DNA of 61,423 bases from an uncultured bacterium (lineage in GTDB: Bacteria > DYJV01): contig CAZIZE010000011.1 in the NCBI GenBank assembly GCA_964543655.1, positions 1-61,423 of the forward strand, given 5' to 3'. Position 1 is the stretch's first letter. Every line of letters starts with the position of its first letter. The position numbers and the translations under genes were made by a program. This document shows positions 9,857-19,631 of the stretch, one piece after another. The notes beneath the pieces are model-generated. The model was not told the DNA's origin and searched no databases. It saw only the letters and a list, made by a program, of their open reading frames with translations.

Positions 9857-11074
9857 TTAATTGCAGATATTACATTTATTTTCAAGTGCTTTTATTGCTG
9901 GTAATTCTTTACCTTCAAGAAGATGGAGGAAAGCTCCACCACCAGTGGAAATATATGATATTCTGTCAACTTCACCTGCTTTATGAACAGCAACATCAGT
10001 ATCGCCACCACCAATTATTGTAAGAGCGTATGTATTGGCAACACTGTGAACCATTGACATGGTGCCTCTTGCAAATAATTCTATTTCAAATACCCCCATT
10101 GGACCATTCCACACAATTGTTCTTGCATCTTTAATAACCTCAGAAAAGAGAGTTGTGGTGGCTGGCCCTATATCAACTCCTATCCAGTTTTCAGGAATTT
10201 CCTGTATGGGAACAACTTTAATTTCTGATTTGGAATCTATATCTTTTGCAACAAGGCAATCCACTGGCAGATAAAACTTAACATCTTTTTTATTGGCTTT
10301 TGACATAATATCAAGTGCTTTTCCTATTAAACCTTCTTCACAAAGGGAATTACCAACTTTGTGACCAAGTGCTCTTAAAAATGTGAAAGCCATACCGCCA
10401 CCAACTATCATTTTATCAACTTTATCAAGAAGATTATCAAGAGCTCCAAGTTTATCTGAAACTTTTGCACCACCTACTATTGATACAAGAGGTCTTAATG
10501 GATCTTTTAATGCTCTGTTAAAGTACGTAAGCTCATCTTTCATTAAAAAACCAGCAAGACAATTTTCAACATATTCTGTAATAGCAACATTTGAAGCATG
10601 GGTTCTGTGAGCATTCCCAAAAGCATCATCAATGTAAATTTCTCCAAGTTCAGCTAATTTTTTTGCAAATTCATGATCATTTTGAGTCTCACCAGGGTAG
10701 AATCTAACATTTTCAAGAAAAATAATACTGCAATTCGGTGCTTCATCTATTGCTTTTTTCACCTTTTCACCAATACAATCATCAACAAAAATTATATGAT
10801 CTGTTAGATGAATGTATCCTTTTAATCTTGTTACAACAATATCCATACTGAGATTTTTTACAAATTTACCTTTTGGCCTACCTCTATGGCTTAAAATTAT
10901 AACCTTAGCTTTTTCCTGTAAAAGATAGTTTATGGTTGGTAAAGCACGTCTAATTCTAACATCATCTGTAATATTACCATGCTCATCTGTAGGAACATTA
11001 AAGTCAAATCTACAAAGAACCTTTTTGCCTTCAAGATTTTTGAGGGAATCTAAAAATTTAATATTTTTATACAT
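9857..11074 (-). CDS. pgk: Phosphoglycerate kinase
   Basis: RFDFNVP, GGAKVSDK, WNGPMGVFE, STGGGA. Confidence 0.98.
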   Translation of the reverse strand: MYKNIKFLDSLKNLEGKKVLCRFDFNVPTDEHGNITDDVRIRRALPTINYLLQEKAKVIILSHRGRPKGKFVKNLSMDIVVTRLKGYIHLTDHIIFVDDCIGEKVKKAIDEAPNCSIIFLENVRFYPGETQNDHEFAKKLAELGEIYIDDAFGNAHRTHASNVAITEYVENCLAGFLMKDELTYFNRALKDPLRPLVSIVGGAKVSDKLGALDNLLDKVDKMIVGGGMAFTFLRALGHKVGNSLCEEGLIGKALDIMSKANKKDVKFYLPVDCLVAKDIDSKSEIKVVPIQEIPENWIGVDIGPATTTLFSEVIKDARTIVWNGPMGVFEIELFARGTMSMVHSVANTYALTIIGGGDTDVAVHKAGEVDRISYISTGGGAFLHLLEGKELPAIKALENKCNICN

Positions 11075-11083
11075 TTTTAGCTC

Positions 11084-12097
11084 CTAAAGTTTTTTTCCTA
11101 TATATTTTGTTAAATCTACCAATCTGTTAGCATATCCCCATTCATTGTCATACCAACTAAAAACTTTAACCATATTCCCATCAATAACATCAGTAAGTAA
11201 AGAATCAAATATTGAGGAATGTGGATTTTTAATAAAATCAACAGAAACAAGAGGCTCATCACAATATTGTAAAATACCCTTTAATTCATTCTCACTTGCC
11301 TTTTTAAAAGCAGCATTAACCTCTTCAATTGAAGTTGCTTTTTCTGTTTCTACAGTGAGATCAACAATAGAAACATCTGGTGTAGGAACTCTTATTGCAA
11401 TTCCATTAATTTTCCCTTTAACCTCTGGAATAACAAGACCAACTGCTGTTGCAGCACCAGTAGTAGTTGGTATCATGGAAAGAGCTGCTGCTCTTGCACG
11501 TCTGAGATCCTTTTTATGTCTACTATCAAGAAGCATCTGATCCCTTGTGTATGCATGAACCGTAGTCATAAAACCTTTTTTAAATCCAAAATTTTCTAAA
11601 ATAACTTTAACCACAGGAGCAAGGCAATTGGTGGTACATGATGCATTTGAAATAACATTGTGCTCATCTGGGTTATAAATATCCTCATTTATTCCCATTA
11701 CAATTGTTGCATCAGCACCTTTACAAGGAGCTGAAATAACAACTTTTTTCACACCTGATTCAATAAATATAGCAGCGTCTTCTCTCTTTCTATATTTACC
11801 TGAACATTCCATAACAATGTCAACACCAAGTTCCTTCCAGTTAACATCTTTGGGATTGGTTGCTTTAATCAGTTTAACTTCTTTACCATTAATTTCAAGA
11901 GCTTTATCTTTCGCTATAACCTCTCCATTTTTATAGCCACCAGAAACAGAATCATATTTAAAAAGATGACGCATAACTTTAGCATCATCAGTAGTTGAAA
12001 CAACAGCAATAAAATTAAAATCATTATCATCAATTGCAGCTCTTAATGCATCTCTACCAATTCTTCCAAAACCATTAATTGCAACATTTATAGCCAT
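11084..12097 (-). CDS. gap: Type I glyceraldehyde-3-phosphate dehydrogenase
   Basis: INGFGRIGR, ASCTTNCL, WYDNEWGY. Confidence 0.98.
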   Translation of the reverse strand: MAINVAINGFGRIGRDALRAAIDDNDFNFIAVVSTTDDAKVMRHLFKYDSVSGGYKNGEVIAKDKALEINGKEVKLIKATNPKDVNWKELGVDIVMECSGKYRKREDAAIFIESGVKKVVISAPCKGADATIVMGINEDIYNPDEHNVISNASCTTNCLAPVVKVILENFGFKKGFMTTVHAYTRDQMLLDSRHKKDLRRARAAALSMIPTTTGAATAVGLVIPEVKGKINGIAIRVPTPDVSIVDLTVETEKATSIEEVNAAFKKASENELKGILQYCDEPLVSVDFIKNPHSSIFDSLLTDVIDGNMVKVFSWYDNEWGYANRLVDLTKYIGKKL

Positions 12098-12119
12098 TTT
12101 TCCCTCCTATGAAATAGAT

Positions 12120-12944
12120 TTAAATTGAACCATAGCTATGTAATCCTGATAAAAGGAGATTAACCCCAAGATATGTAAAAAGAACAGAACCAAAACCTAT
12201 GATTGAAAGCATAGCTGCTTTGCTGCCCCTCCATCCTTTTGTAAATCTTGCATGCAAAAAAGCAGCATAAACAAACCATGTAATTAATGACCATGTTTCC
12301 TTTGGGTCCCAGCTCCAGTAGGTACCCCAAGCATAGTTTGCCCAGGCTGCACCTGTAATAATACCAAGAGAGAGCATGGGAAAACCTATTGCAATACTTT
12401 TATAAATTAAGTCATCAAGAAGCTCAAGAGAAGGAATAAATTTTAATTTTTCCGGGTTTCTCTTTTTTATAAAATAGAGTATGCTAATGCCACATGATAC
12501 AGCAAAAGCAGCATAAGAGAGAAAACATGTAACAACATGAGCAGTTAACCAGTTACTCTGAAGTGCAGGTACAAGAGGCTCAATTTCATTGGGCACATAC
12601 AATGAGCAGAAAGCAAGTGTTAAAACCGGGAAGAGCATTACAAAAGCACCAACTATATGGATTTTATAAATATATTGGAGAATTAGATATATCATAACAG
12701 TCATTATTGTAAAGAATATTAATGATTCGTAAAGATTAGATAAAGGTATATGTCCCATTCCCATTGCATAAGATTCTTTCCATCTTAAGAAAAAAGCCAC
12801 AATCTGCATTATTAAGCCAATATATGCAAGAGCTGTTGCAACTTTTGAGGTAAGATTATCTCTTAAGAAAAAATAGATTAAATAGAAAAAGAAACTTCCA
12901 AAATAGATAAATGTTACAATACTGAAAATATGACTACTGGTCAT
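12120..12944 (-). CDS. resC: System II cytochrome c biogenesis protein ResC/CcsA
   Basis: PALQSNWLTAHV, WGTYWSWDPKETW (WWD motif), GLHSY. Confidence 0.96.
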   Translation of the reverse strand: MTSSHIFSIVTFIYFGSFFFYLIYFFLRDNLTSKVATALAYIGLIMQIVAFFLRWKESYAMGMGHIPLSNLYESLIFFTIMTVMIYLILQYIYKIHIVGAFVMLFPVLTLAFCSLYVPNEIEPLVPALQSNWLTAHVVTCFLSYAAFAVSCGISILYFIKKRNPEKLKFIPSLELLDDLIYKSIAIGFPMLSLGIITGAAWANYAWGTYWSWDPKETWSLITWFVYAAFLHARFTKGWRGSKAAMLSIIGFGSVLFTYLGVNLLLSGLHSYGSI

Positions 12945-14278
12945 TTGAACACCTCTTTTAATTTTTCAAATAATTTGTTAAATTCATTATCAAAATTTAA
13001 CCTATTTTTACGCATACTTCCTGCAAAAAGTATTTTAGCATTTTTTTTATCAAAAGTTACTTTAACCCAGAATTTTTTATGATAAACAAAAAAAGATATA
13101 AATAAGCCTACAATCATTAGAAAGCAGCCAAGCCATACTATATTAACACCAGGATCTTTAGATACCTGTAATCCAGTGTAATATTGAAATGATGCATTTT
13201 TTAATATAAAGGTAAAATCACCATTTCTATGTTTAGCATCAAAATCAGGATAATTTTTAAAAATAATAAAACTTGTTCTTGGTTTCATTCCTTCAACTAA
13301 TACTATCCTTGCAGCTGGACCAAATCCCTGAAAATTGTTTGCATACCGCTCTACCATAAATTGAAGATTTTTATCTTTAACCTGCACCACGTTACCTACA
13401 TTAACTTCACCATTGAAAACTACTTTATTTGTTGCTCTGTCAATAACTTTAATTAACACCTTTTGGCCAATTGTACCATAGCTTGCCTGATAAAACTTTA
13501 TCCCTTTATATTTTAAAGGATGATTAACTAAAATATCAGCTTTAAAAGATTTATTTTTATCTATTATTTCAACTTTACTTCTATACTCTTTAGGAGTACC
13601 ATTTGGATAGAACTGGATATTAAAGTCAAGACATTTTATTTTAAACCCTAACTCTTTTATCCCTGTTTTTTTTACAAATATAAAGTCTTTAGCTTGACCA
13701 ACAGGAATATTAATATATCCTTTAAATCCATAAATACTACCAAGAATAGCTCCAATAGCTATGATAATAAGGCTGAGATGTACTACATAGTAGCCAAAAT
13801 CAGCAAATTTATTTTGATTGACAAAATAGTTGATTTCGTCATTATTTTCTATTTTCTTAAAATTTTTAGCTTTTAAAATATTTTTAATAAAATGTTCAAG
13901 TTTGTTAATATCAAATTTTTTTATATTTACTGAAAAATCATTTTTATGAAGAATTGTTTTCTCAATCTCAGGGGTTAATACTGGATTTTCCTTAAATACC
14001 CTGTTGTATGTAACTTTGTAATGTTTAAGTGAGCAGAAAATAAGATTAATAATCAAAAGAGATAGTAATGCCAGAAACCACCAAGAATGATACATATCAA
14101 AAATACCAAAAAAATCGAGTAATTTAAAAGTAGTGGGTCCAAAGTGAGAAGCATATTGGCTTTTAGGTAGATCCTGTGGAATTATGGTACCTATAATTGA
14201 TGTTGCAGCTAAAGAAAATAGTATAAAAAGGGTTAATTTCAGAGAAGAAAAAAATTTTACAACAATATTTTTCTGCAT
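12941..14278 (-). CDS. resB: System II cytochrome c biogenesis protein ResB/Ccs1
   Basis: IGTIIPQ, YHSWWF, VNHPL...FYQASY, TGLQVSKDPG. Confidence 0.95.
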   Translation of the reverse strand: MQKNIVVKFFSSLKLTLFILFSLAATSIIGTIIPQDLPKSQYASHFGPTTFKLLDFFGIFDMYHSWWFLALLSLLIINLIFCSLKHYKVTYNRVFKENPVLTPEIEKTILHKNDFSVNIKKFDINKLEHFIKNILKAKNFKKIENNDEINYFVNQNKFADFGYYVVHLSLIIIAIGAILGSIYGFKGYINIPVGQAKDFIFVKKTGIKELGFKIKCLDFNIQFYPNGTPKEYRSKVEIIDKNKSFKADILVNHPLKYKGIKFYQASYGTIGQKVLIKVIDRATNKVVFNGEVNVGNVVQVKDKNLQFMVERYANNFQGFGPAARIVLVEGMKPRTSFIIFKNYPDFDAKHRNGDFTFILKNASFQYYTGLQVSKDPGVNIVWLGCFLMIVGLFISFFVYHKKFWVKVTFDKKNAKILFAGSMRKNRLNFDNEFNKLFEKLKEVFK

Positions 14279-14308
14279 TGAACTATTATATCCTCCGTTG
14301 AAAATTAG

Positions 14309-14329
14309 AAAAAGGGGCGAGAGCCCCTT
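14309..14329 (-). terminator. Intrinsic terminator after the cytochrome gene
   Basis: Minus strand AAGGGGC-TCTC-GCCCCTT followed by further Ts. Confidence 0.8.
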
Positions 14330-14332
14330 AGA

Positions 14333-14698
14333 TTATTTTTTGTGACACTCGTTACATTTTGTTGGTCCAGTTTTTTCACCTTTTTTCTTCATTGCCTTAT
14401 GGCAACCTTTACATTTTTTGTGGTATGCATTTTTAGCTTTAGGTTTTTTACCTTCTTTTTTCAAGCCGTGGCATTTAGAGCATTTTTCTGGCTCCACATT
14501 ACCACCTTTCCATTTATGGTGGCACTCTTTACAACCAAATTTTTTAGCATGCTCACCATGATCAAAAGTAACAGGTGCCTTTCTTTTTTGAATTTCATTA
14601 ATGGTAACTTTTGCTGGTGCTTTTGGCATTGCATATGTTATTGATGCAAATGCAAACATAAAAGCTACTGCCATTAAAAGAGCTATTACCTTTTTCAT
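14333..14698 (-). CDS. Periplasmic tetraheme cytochrome c3 (class III)
   Basis: Signal peptide, FDHGEH, four CxxCH (CKECH, CSKCH, CKGCH, CNECH) and four extra His; AAGGAGGTG RBS favours ATG 14698. Confidence 0.92.
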   Translation of the reverse strand: MKKVIALLMAVAFMFAFASITYAMPKAPAKVTINEIQKRKAPVTFDHGEHAKKFGCKECHHKWKGGNVEPEKCSKCHGLKKEGKKPKAKNAYHKKCKGCHKAMKKKGEKTGPTKCNECHKK

Positions 14699-14818
14699 GA
14701 CCAACACCTCCTTTCATTGTAATTTTATTTAATGAAAAATTTATCAAGCTTGCAAATACTATATACCTAAAATAGTATGTTGTCAATATGTTTCATTAAA
14801 TAGAAAAAATCAAAAAAT

Positions 14819-16231
14819 CTACTGTTTAAAATGAACTATTCTATTAAAATATTGCTCAATTAGTTCTTTTTTAATTATCTGGTATTTCTCTTTTTCAATT
14901 AATTTAATTGCATTTTTCTTAATAAATACATCTATTCCTATACTAATTTCTTTTTCAAGTAAAATTAAAAAATTATAATTTAATTTTAATTTATTTAAAT
15001 AAATTCCTCCAAGATAGTTTCTAATAGAATCAAGTTCAAAAACATTATCCTTATCTTTTACTTCCATTATAGCATTAGCAATGTGATAGGTTGGAGTAAT
15101 GACAATATTTTTTGAAATAATATTTATTATTTTCATGGCAAAATCGTTTGGCTTTGGTATATCCTCTGGAATAACCTGTATTGGTCTGGAAATATTAACA
15201 TAAATTGAGGAATCTTTTACCATTCCATAAACTTTTTCAAGGTGCAAATGTTGTGTTATTAAATCCCTTTCTGAAATTTTTTTCCCTTTAAGACTATCAA
15301 CAAGCTCTTCATCCTCTGGCACAGCAGTGTATGATAATGATATAGGCACAAAGTAAACTATTTTTTCCTCTTCTTTTACAAAATTTAATATCTCTTTTAA
15401 AAAGCCTAATTTTGGTGGCAGAATTTTTCCTGTTCTTGTTCTTGTACCTTCTATATAAAAGAGGAAGGGCTCATTTTTTGACCATAAATATTTGTTGTAA
15501 TATTTAAAAACAAGATTATAAATAGGATTACTAAGCCACTTTATATCACCATATATGTAATCCCTCTGAAGCTTGTAGCAGTTGAGTTTAGGGAGCAATG
15601 CCTTAGATGCACCTCTGTAAAGATTAGCTCCTGCAACAATTACTGGATGAAATATTCCAGACTTATTTAAAGCAACGCAAAATGGCAGATGATCTGAATT
15701 GGATATATGATTAGGTATAAAGAAGATAGGGTATTTACCCTGAATTTTCTTAATCTGCTCTATAGCTCTTCTACTTTTTGATGTCACTTTCACAGAGTAG
15801 AACATCTTTGGAAAAAGCAGCCTTGCAAGCTCTCTAAAAACCATTAGAAATGCAGGATCAAAATCAGCAGCCATATCTTCTGCATAATATTTTGCAAGGT
15901 ATTTAATAATTTCTTCACTGGAGTCAAGACTATCAAGAGTTTCAAGTTGCTTTTTATATTCATCAACAATTTTTTTATATTTTTTTGAAGATAATTTCTT
16001 TATTTGATTTTTTATGTAGTACTTCTGCATTAACTTGCATTCTTCAGCAAGAAAAACTTTTTTAAGTGTTGAATTAAAAATATTATTAGTTACATTTTCC
16101 ACAACATATTTAACTGCTTCATCCTTTTTAATCCTTGACTTGTTGAGGAAAAGGAGGTTGGCGATAAAAGTTGCAGGTTTTGATTTAGTTATTTTTAAAA
16201 TTTTTTCCAGAATTGCAAAAACGTTTTTCAT
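14819..16231 (-). CDS. Glycerol-3-phosphate/lysophospholipid acyltransferase (PlsB/PlsC superfamily)
   Basis: HISNSD (HxxxxD), AGANL, YIEGTRTRTGK, VPISLSY. Confidence 0.85.
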   Translation of the reverse strand: MKNVFAILEKILKITKSKPATFIANLLFLNKSRIKKDEAVKYVVENVTNNIFNSTLKKVFLAEECKLMQKYYIKNQIKKLSSKKYKKIVDEYKKQLETLDSLDSSEEIIKYLAKYYAEDMAADFDPAFLMVFRELARLLFPKMFYSVKVTSKSRRAIEQIKKIQGKYPIFFIPNHISNSDHLPFCVALNKSGIFHPVIVAGANLYRGASKALLPKLNCYKLQRDYIYGDIKWLSNPIYNLVFKYYNKYLWSKNEPFLFYIEGTRTRTGKILPPKLGFLKEILNFVKEEEKIVYFVPISLSYTAVPEDEELVDSLKGKKISERDLITQHLHLEKVYGMVKDSSIYVNISRPIQVIPEDIPKPNDFAMKIINIISKNIVITPTYHIANAIMEVKDKDNVFELDSIRNYLGGIYLNKLKLNYNFLILLEKEISIGIDVFIKKNAIKLIEKEKYQIIKKELIEQYFNRIVHFKQ

Positions 16232-16488
16232 GGTAGCTGCTTATTATGCAAAATAGAAAATTTTTTCAAGAAATATTCGCTATATTTTAAGAATAAATTA
16301 TGAAAAAAATTTAAACCAATACTTCTTGACTTTTCTAACAAATTATGATTAGAGAGCACCCTCAATGATGGTTGTTTGTTGTTGGTTTAATGTTTATAGT
16401 TAAATGATACTCTTCTCAAAATAGCTTAAATAGGCTTTTTGAGAGAAAGTTAAAATAAATTTATACTTGACGTAAAGGAGATGAGAAA

Positions 16489-16623
16489 ATGAAAAGGACG
16501 TATCAACCAAGTAATACAAGAAGAAAAAGAACTCATGGTTTTAGAATTAGAATGAGAACAAGATCTGGTAGAGATGTTTTAAACAGAAGACGTGCTAAAG
16601 GGAGGAAAAGATTAAGTGTTTAA
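16489..16623 (+). CDS. rpmH: 50S ribosomal protein L34 (44 aa, not in track)
   Basis: [54 protein letters not shown]. Confidence 0.98.
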   Translation: MKRTYQPSNTRRKRTHGFRIRMRTRSGRDVLNRRRAKGRKRLSV

Positions 16624-16979
16624 CAGACTTTTCTTTTCCAAAGCATTTAAGAGTAAGGAAGAAAATTGATTTTAAAAATATCTATAAATCAGGAAAGAGA
16701 TTTATTACGCAAAATTTCATTATTTTTATTTGCAGGAACGATTTTCTATATCCAAGATTGGGTATTACAGTTACCAGGAAGTATGGGAAGGCTGTTAAAA
16801 GAAACAGAATCAAGAGGTTGATTAGAGAATTTTTTAGATTGAACAAACCTTTATTTCAAAAGGGATACGATTACGTGATAGTTGTTAAAAATAGTTGCTT
16901 TCTTAAAAAATATCAAGATGTTGCAGAGGAATTAACAAATTTTCTTCAAAATGAAAAAATTAATAATACTACCAATTAA
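16611..16979 (+). CDS. rnpA: RNase P protein component (probable ATT start)
   Basis: Frame open from 16599: [15 protein letters not shown]...[21 protein letters not shown] (RNR motif); no ATG/GTG/TTG before 16758; GGAGG at 16601-16605. Confidence 0.9.
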   Translation: MKCLTDFSFPKHLRVRKKIDFKNIYKSGKRFITQNFIIFICRNDFLYPRLGITVTRKYGKAVKRNRIKRLIREFFRLNKPLFQKGYDYVIVVKNSCFLKKYQDVAEELTNFLQNEKINNTTN

Positions 16980-17157
16980 ATTATATAAAATTTTTATTTC
17001 ACCTTTTTTAGGAAGAAATTGCAGATTTTATCCTACCTGTTCCCAATATGCCATTGATGCAATAGAGAAATATGGCATTGTTAAAGGTTTGTTCAAATCT
17101 CTAATCAGAATTTGTAAATGCCACCCATTTCATCCTGGTGGTTATGATCCTGCATAA
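16951..17157 (+). CDS. yidD: Membrane protein insertion efficiency factor YidD
   Basis: [22 protein letters not shown]. Confidence 0.96.
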   Translation: MKKLIILPIKLYKIFISPFLGRNCRFYPTCSQYAIDAIEKYGIVKGLFKSLIRICKCHPFHPGGYDPA

Positions 17158-17191
17158 AAAAGCATAAAACAATTTATTTAAGGAGAATTTT

Positions 17192-18832
17192 ATGGAAAAA
17201 CGTACTATTTTGGCAATAGTTATATCTCTTATTATTCTTGTGGCTTATCAGGAAATTTTTATGAAAAAATTTATGAAACCACAGAGTGTTAATGACAATA
17301 CCACTACAATGCAGGTAAAGCCTGAGAAAAAAACTCAAGAAGTTGCTACTGTTAAAAAGAAAACCATTCAACCAGAAAAGAAAATCAATAAAATTAAAGA
17401 AGTTATTAAAAATCCTAATGAAAAATTTTTAAATGTAGAAAATAGTGTATTTAAACTAACTTTTTCTAACAAAGGTGGTGCAATTACAAAATGTATTTTA
17501 AAAAAATATTTTGTTACATATAAAAGGCAAAAAAATGTTGTTCTATTTGATAAAGTTAGAGATTATCCAATAGAGAATGAGATAATAGTGAATGATTATA
17601 AAATTCCAAGGGATACAGTTTATAATGTAGATATATCATCTTATAATGTCTATGTTGAAAATAAGCCCTATAAAATAACATTTTACAAAGATTTTGGCAC
17701 ATTTTTATTTAAAAAAATTTACACAGTTTTACCTGATAAATATCAAATTGACCTTGAATATGAATTTATCAATAAAAGTAAAACCCCTCTTAAAATTGAA
17801 AATAGCACATTCTATTTTAGAACAGAAAAGTTGAAAAAAGCAAAATATCAGTTTGAAGGTAGCTGTTTCCTTGTAGATGGAGTGCTTAAAGAGGTTAGTG
17901 TTAAAAAAATTGAAAAAGAGAAGATACGTCAATATACAAAGAATGTTCAATGGTTTGGATATAGCGAAGTTTACTTTCTTGCTGTTATTTTAAAGAAAAA
18001 AGATTATTTTGATATTGCTAAAACATATATTAGTGACAACAATGTTGTGCTTGAAGGGATTAAAAATTTTAATTTAAAAATCAATGATAAAGTAACAGAT
18101 AAAAACTATCTCTATTTTGGACCAAAAAAGTATGATATTTTAAAAAGTTATCATGCTGGGCTGGAACGAAGTATTAATTATGGGATATTTGATTTTCTTG
18201 CAAAGCCTTTAATGATAGTGCTTAACTTTTTTTACAAATATATACATAACTATGGTGTTGCTATAATTCTACTCACACTATTAATAAAACTAATTTTCTA
18301 TCCTTTAACTCAGAAGAGTTATGAATCTATGAAGAAAATGAAAGATTTGCAGCCTCATATAAATAGAATAAAAGAGCAATACAAAAATGATAAAGCGAAA
18401 TTAAACCAAGAGATAATGGAGTTGTATAAAAAATATAAAGTCAATCCCTTTGGAGGTTGCTTGCCTATGATTATTCAGATACCTGTATTTTTTGCTCTAT
18501 ATAAAGCACTACTCAACTCAATTGAACTTAGACATGCTCCTTTTATCAGTCATATTCCATTTACAGATAAAGTTTGGTTGGTTGACCTGTCAGTGAAAGA
18601 CCCATACTATATTACACCTATTTTAATGGGACTATCAATGTTTGTTCAGCAAAAAATGACACCTACAGGTGGTGATGCTTTGCAGGAAAAATTAATGTAC
18701 TTTATGCCTATATTTTTAACATTTTTATTTTTAAATTTTCCATCAGGGCTTGTAATTTACTGGCTTGCAAATAATATTCTATCTATAATTCAACAATATA
18801 TGGTTAATAAAAAAATGGAGAAATCAAAATAG
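17192..18832 (+). CDS. yidC: Membrane protein insertase YidC
   Basis: NYGVAIILLT, GGCLPMIIQIPVF, DPYYITP, FPSGLVIYW. Confidence 0.97.
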   Translation: MEKRTILAIVISLIILVAYQEIFMKKFMKPQSVNDNTTTMQVKPEKKTQEVATVKKKTIQPEKKINKIKEVIKNPNEKFLNVENSVFKLTFSNKGGAITKCILKKYFVTYKRQKNVVLFDKVRDYPIENEIIVNDYKIPRDTVYNVDISSYNVYVENKPYKITFYKDFGTFLFKKIYTVLPDKYQIDLEYEFINKSKTPLKIENSTFYFRTEKLKKAKYQFEGSCFLVDGVLKEVSVKKIEKEKIRQYTKNVQWFGYSEVYFLAVILKKKDYFDIAKTYISDNNVVLEGIKNFNLKINDKVTDKNYLYFGPKKYDILKSYHAGLERSINYGIFDFLAKPLMIVLNFFYKYIHNYGVAIILLTLLIKLIFYPLTQKSYESMKKMKDLQPHINRIKEQYKNDKAKLNQEIMELYKKYKVNPFGGCLPMIIQIPVFFALYKALLNSIELRHAPFISHIPFTDKVWLVDLSVKDPYYITPILMGLSMFVQQKMTPTGGDALQEKLMYFMPIFLTFLFLNFPSGLVIYWLANNILSIIQQYMVNKKMEKSK

Positions 18833-18847
18833 CAGAGGAGATGGGTT

Positions 18848-19630
18848 ATGGAAAAGATTGTTTTTGAAGGTAAAAACCTTGAAGAAGCTTTAGAAAATGC
18901 ATGTAAAGAGCTTGGAATTGAAAAAGATAAAATTAAATATGAAGTTATTGAAAAGGGGAGCAAGGGATTTTTGAAAGTTTTTTCAAAAAAGACCAGAATT
19001 GAAGTTTTTGTTGAGGAAAAGGAAAATATAAAAGATAAAATTAATAAAATTTTGGATGAAGAATTACCAGAGATTAAACTTGATGAAAAAGAGGAAAAAA
19101 CAGAGTTTGAAGAGGAAATAGTTGAGCCAAAATCTGAGTCATCTTCAGAAACAGGGAAAGTTAAGCATTATAATGATGAAGAGGTAATAGAAAGTGCAAA
19201 AGATTTTGTTAGAGAGCTGCTTAAATTTTTTGATATTGAACCAAGAGTTGATTATAGACAGTATAAGGATAAAGTTCTTATTTTAATTTTTACACAAGGA
19301 GATTTTATAAAAACAAATAACTTTGAAGAATTTATTTATTCTATTCAATACCTTACAAACAAAATAATTTCTTCAAAATTTAGATCAAATTTGAAATTTG
19401 AAATTGATATTAATGAATATATTAAGAAAAAAATAGTAAAACTCAAACAGTTTGCAAGAGAGATTTCAACAAGAGCCAAAAATGAGCATAGAAGCATTAA
19501 ATTAAGGCCAATGTATCCAAATGAGAGAAGGATAATTCACGTTACCTTAAAGCATGATAAGCATATTAGAACAGAAAGTGTTGGAAATGGCGAGAAAAAG
19601 AGGATAATTATATCTCCAACAGACCATTAA
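18848..19630 (+). CDS. jag: Jag/EloR (KhpB) RNA-binding protein
   Basis: Jag_N (GKNLEEALENA), degenerate KH, R3H (ERRIIH); sits between yidC and mnmE. Confidence 0.9.
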   Translation: MEKIVFEGKNLEEALENACKELGIEKDKIKYEVIEKGSKGFLKVFSKKTRIEVFVEEKENIKDKINKILDEELPEIKLDEKEEKTEFEEEIVEPKSESSSETGKVKHYNDEEVIESAKDFVRELLKFFDIEPRVDYRQYKDKVLILIFTQGDFIKTNNFEEFIYSIQYLTNKIISSKFRSNLKFEIDINEYIKKKIVKLKQFAREISTRAKNEHRSIKLRPMYPNERRIIHVTLKHDKHIRTESVGNGEKKRIIISPTDH

Positions 19631-19631
19631 A

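Noticed and set aside
16232..16488. Possible oriC at the strand switch next to rpmH
   Set aside because: No TTATCCACA-type boxes seen and no dnaA
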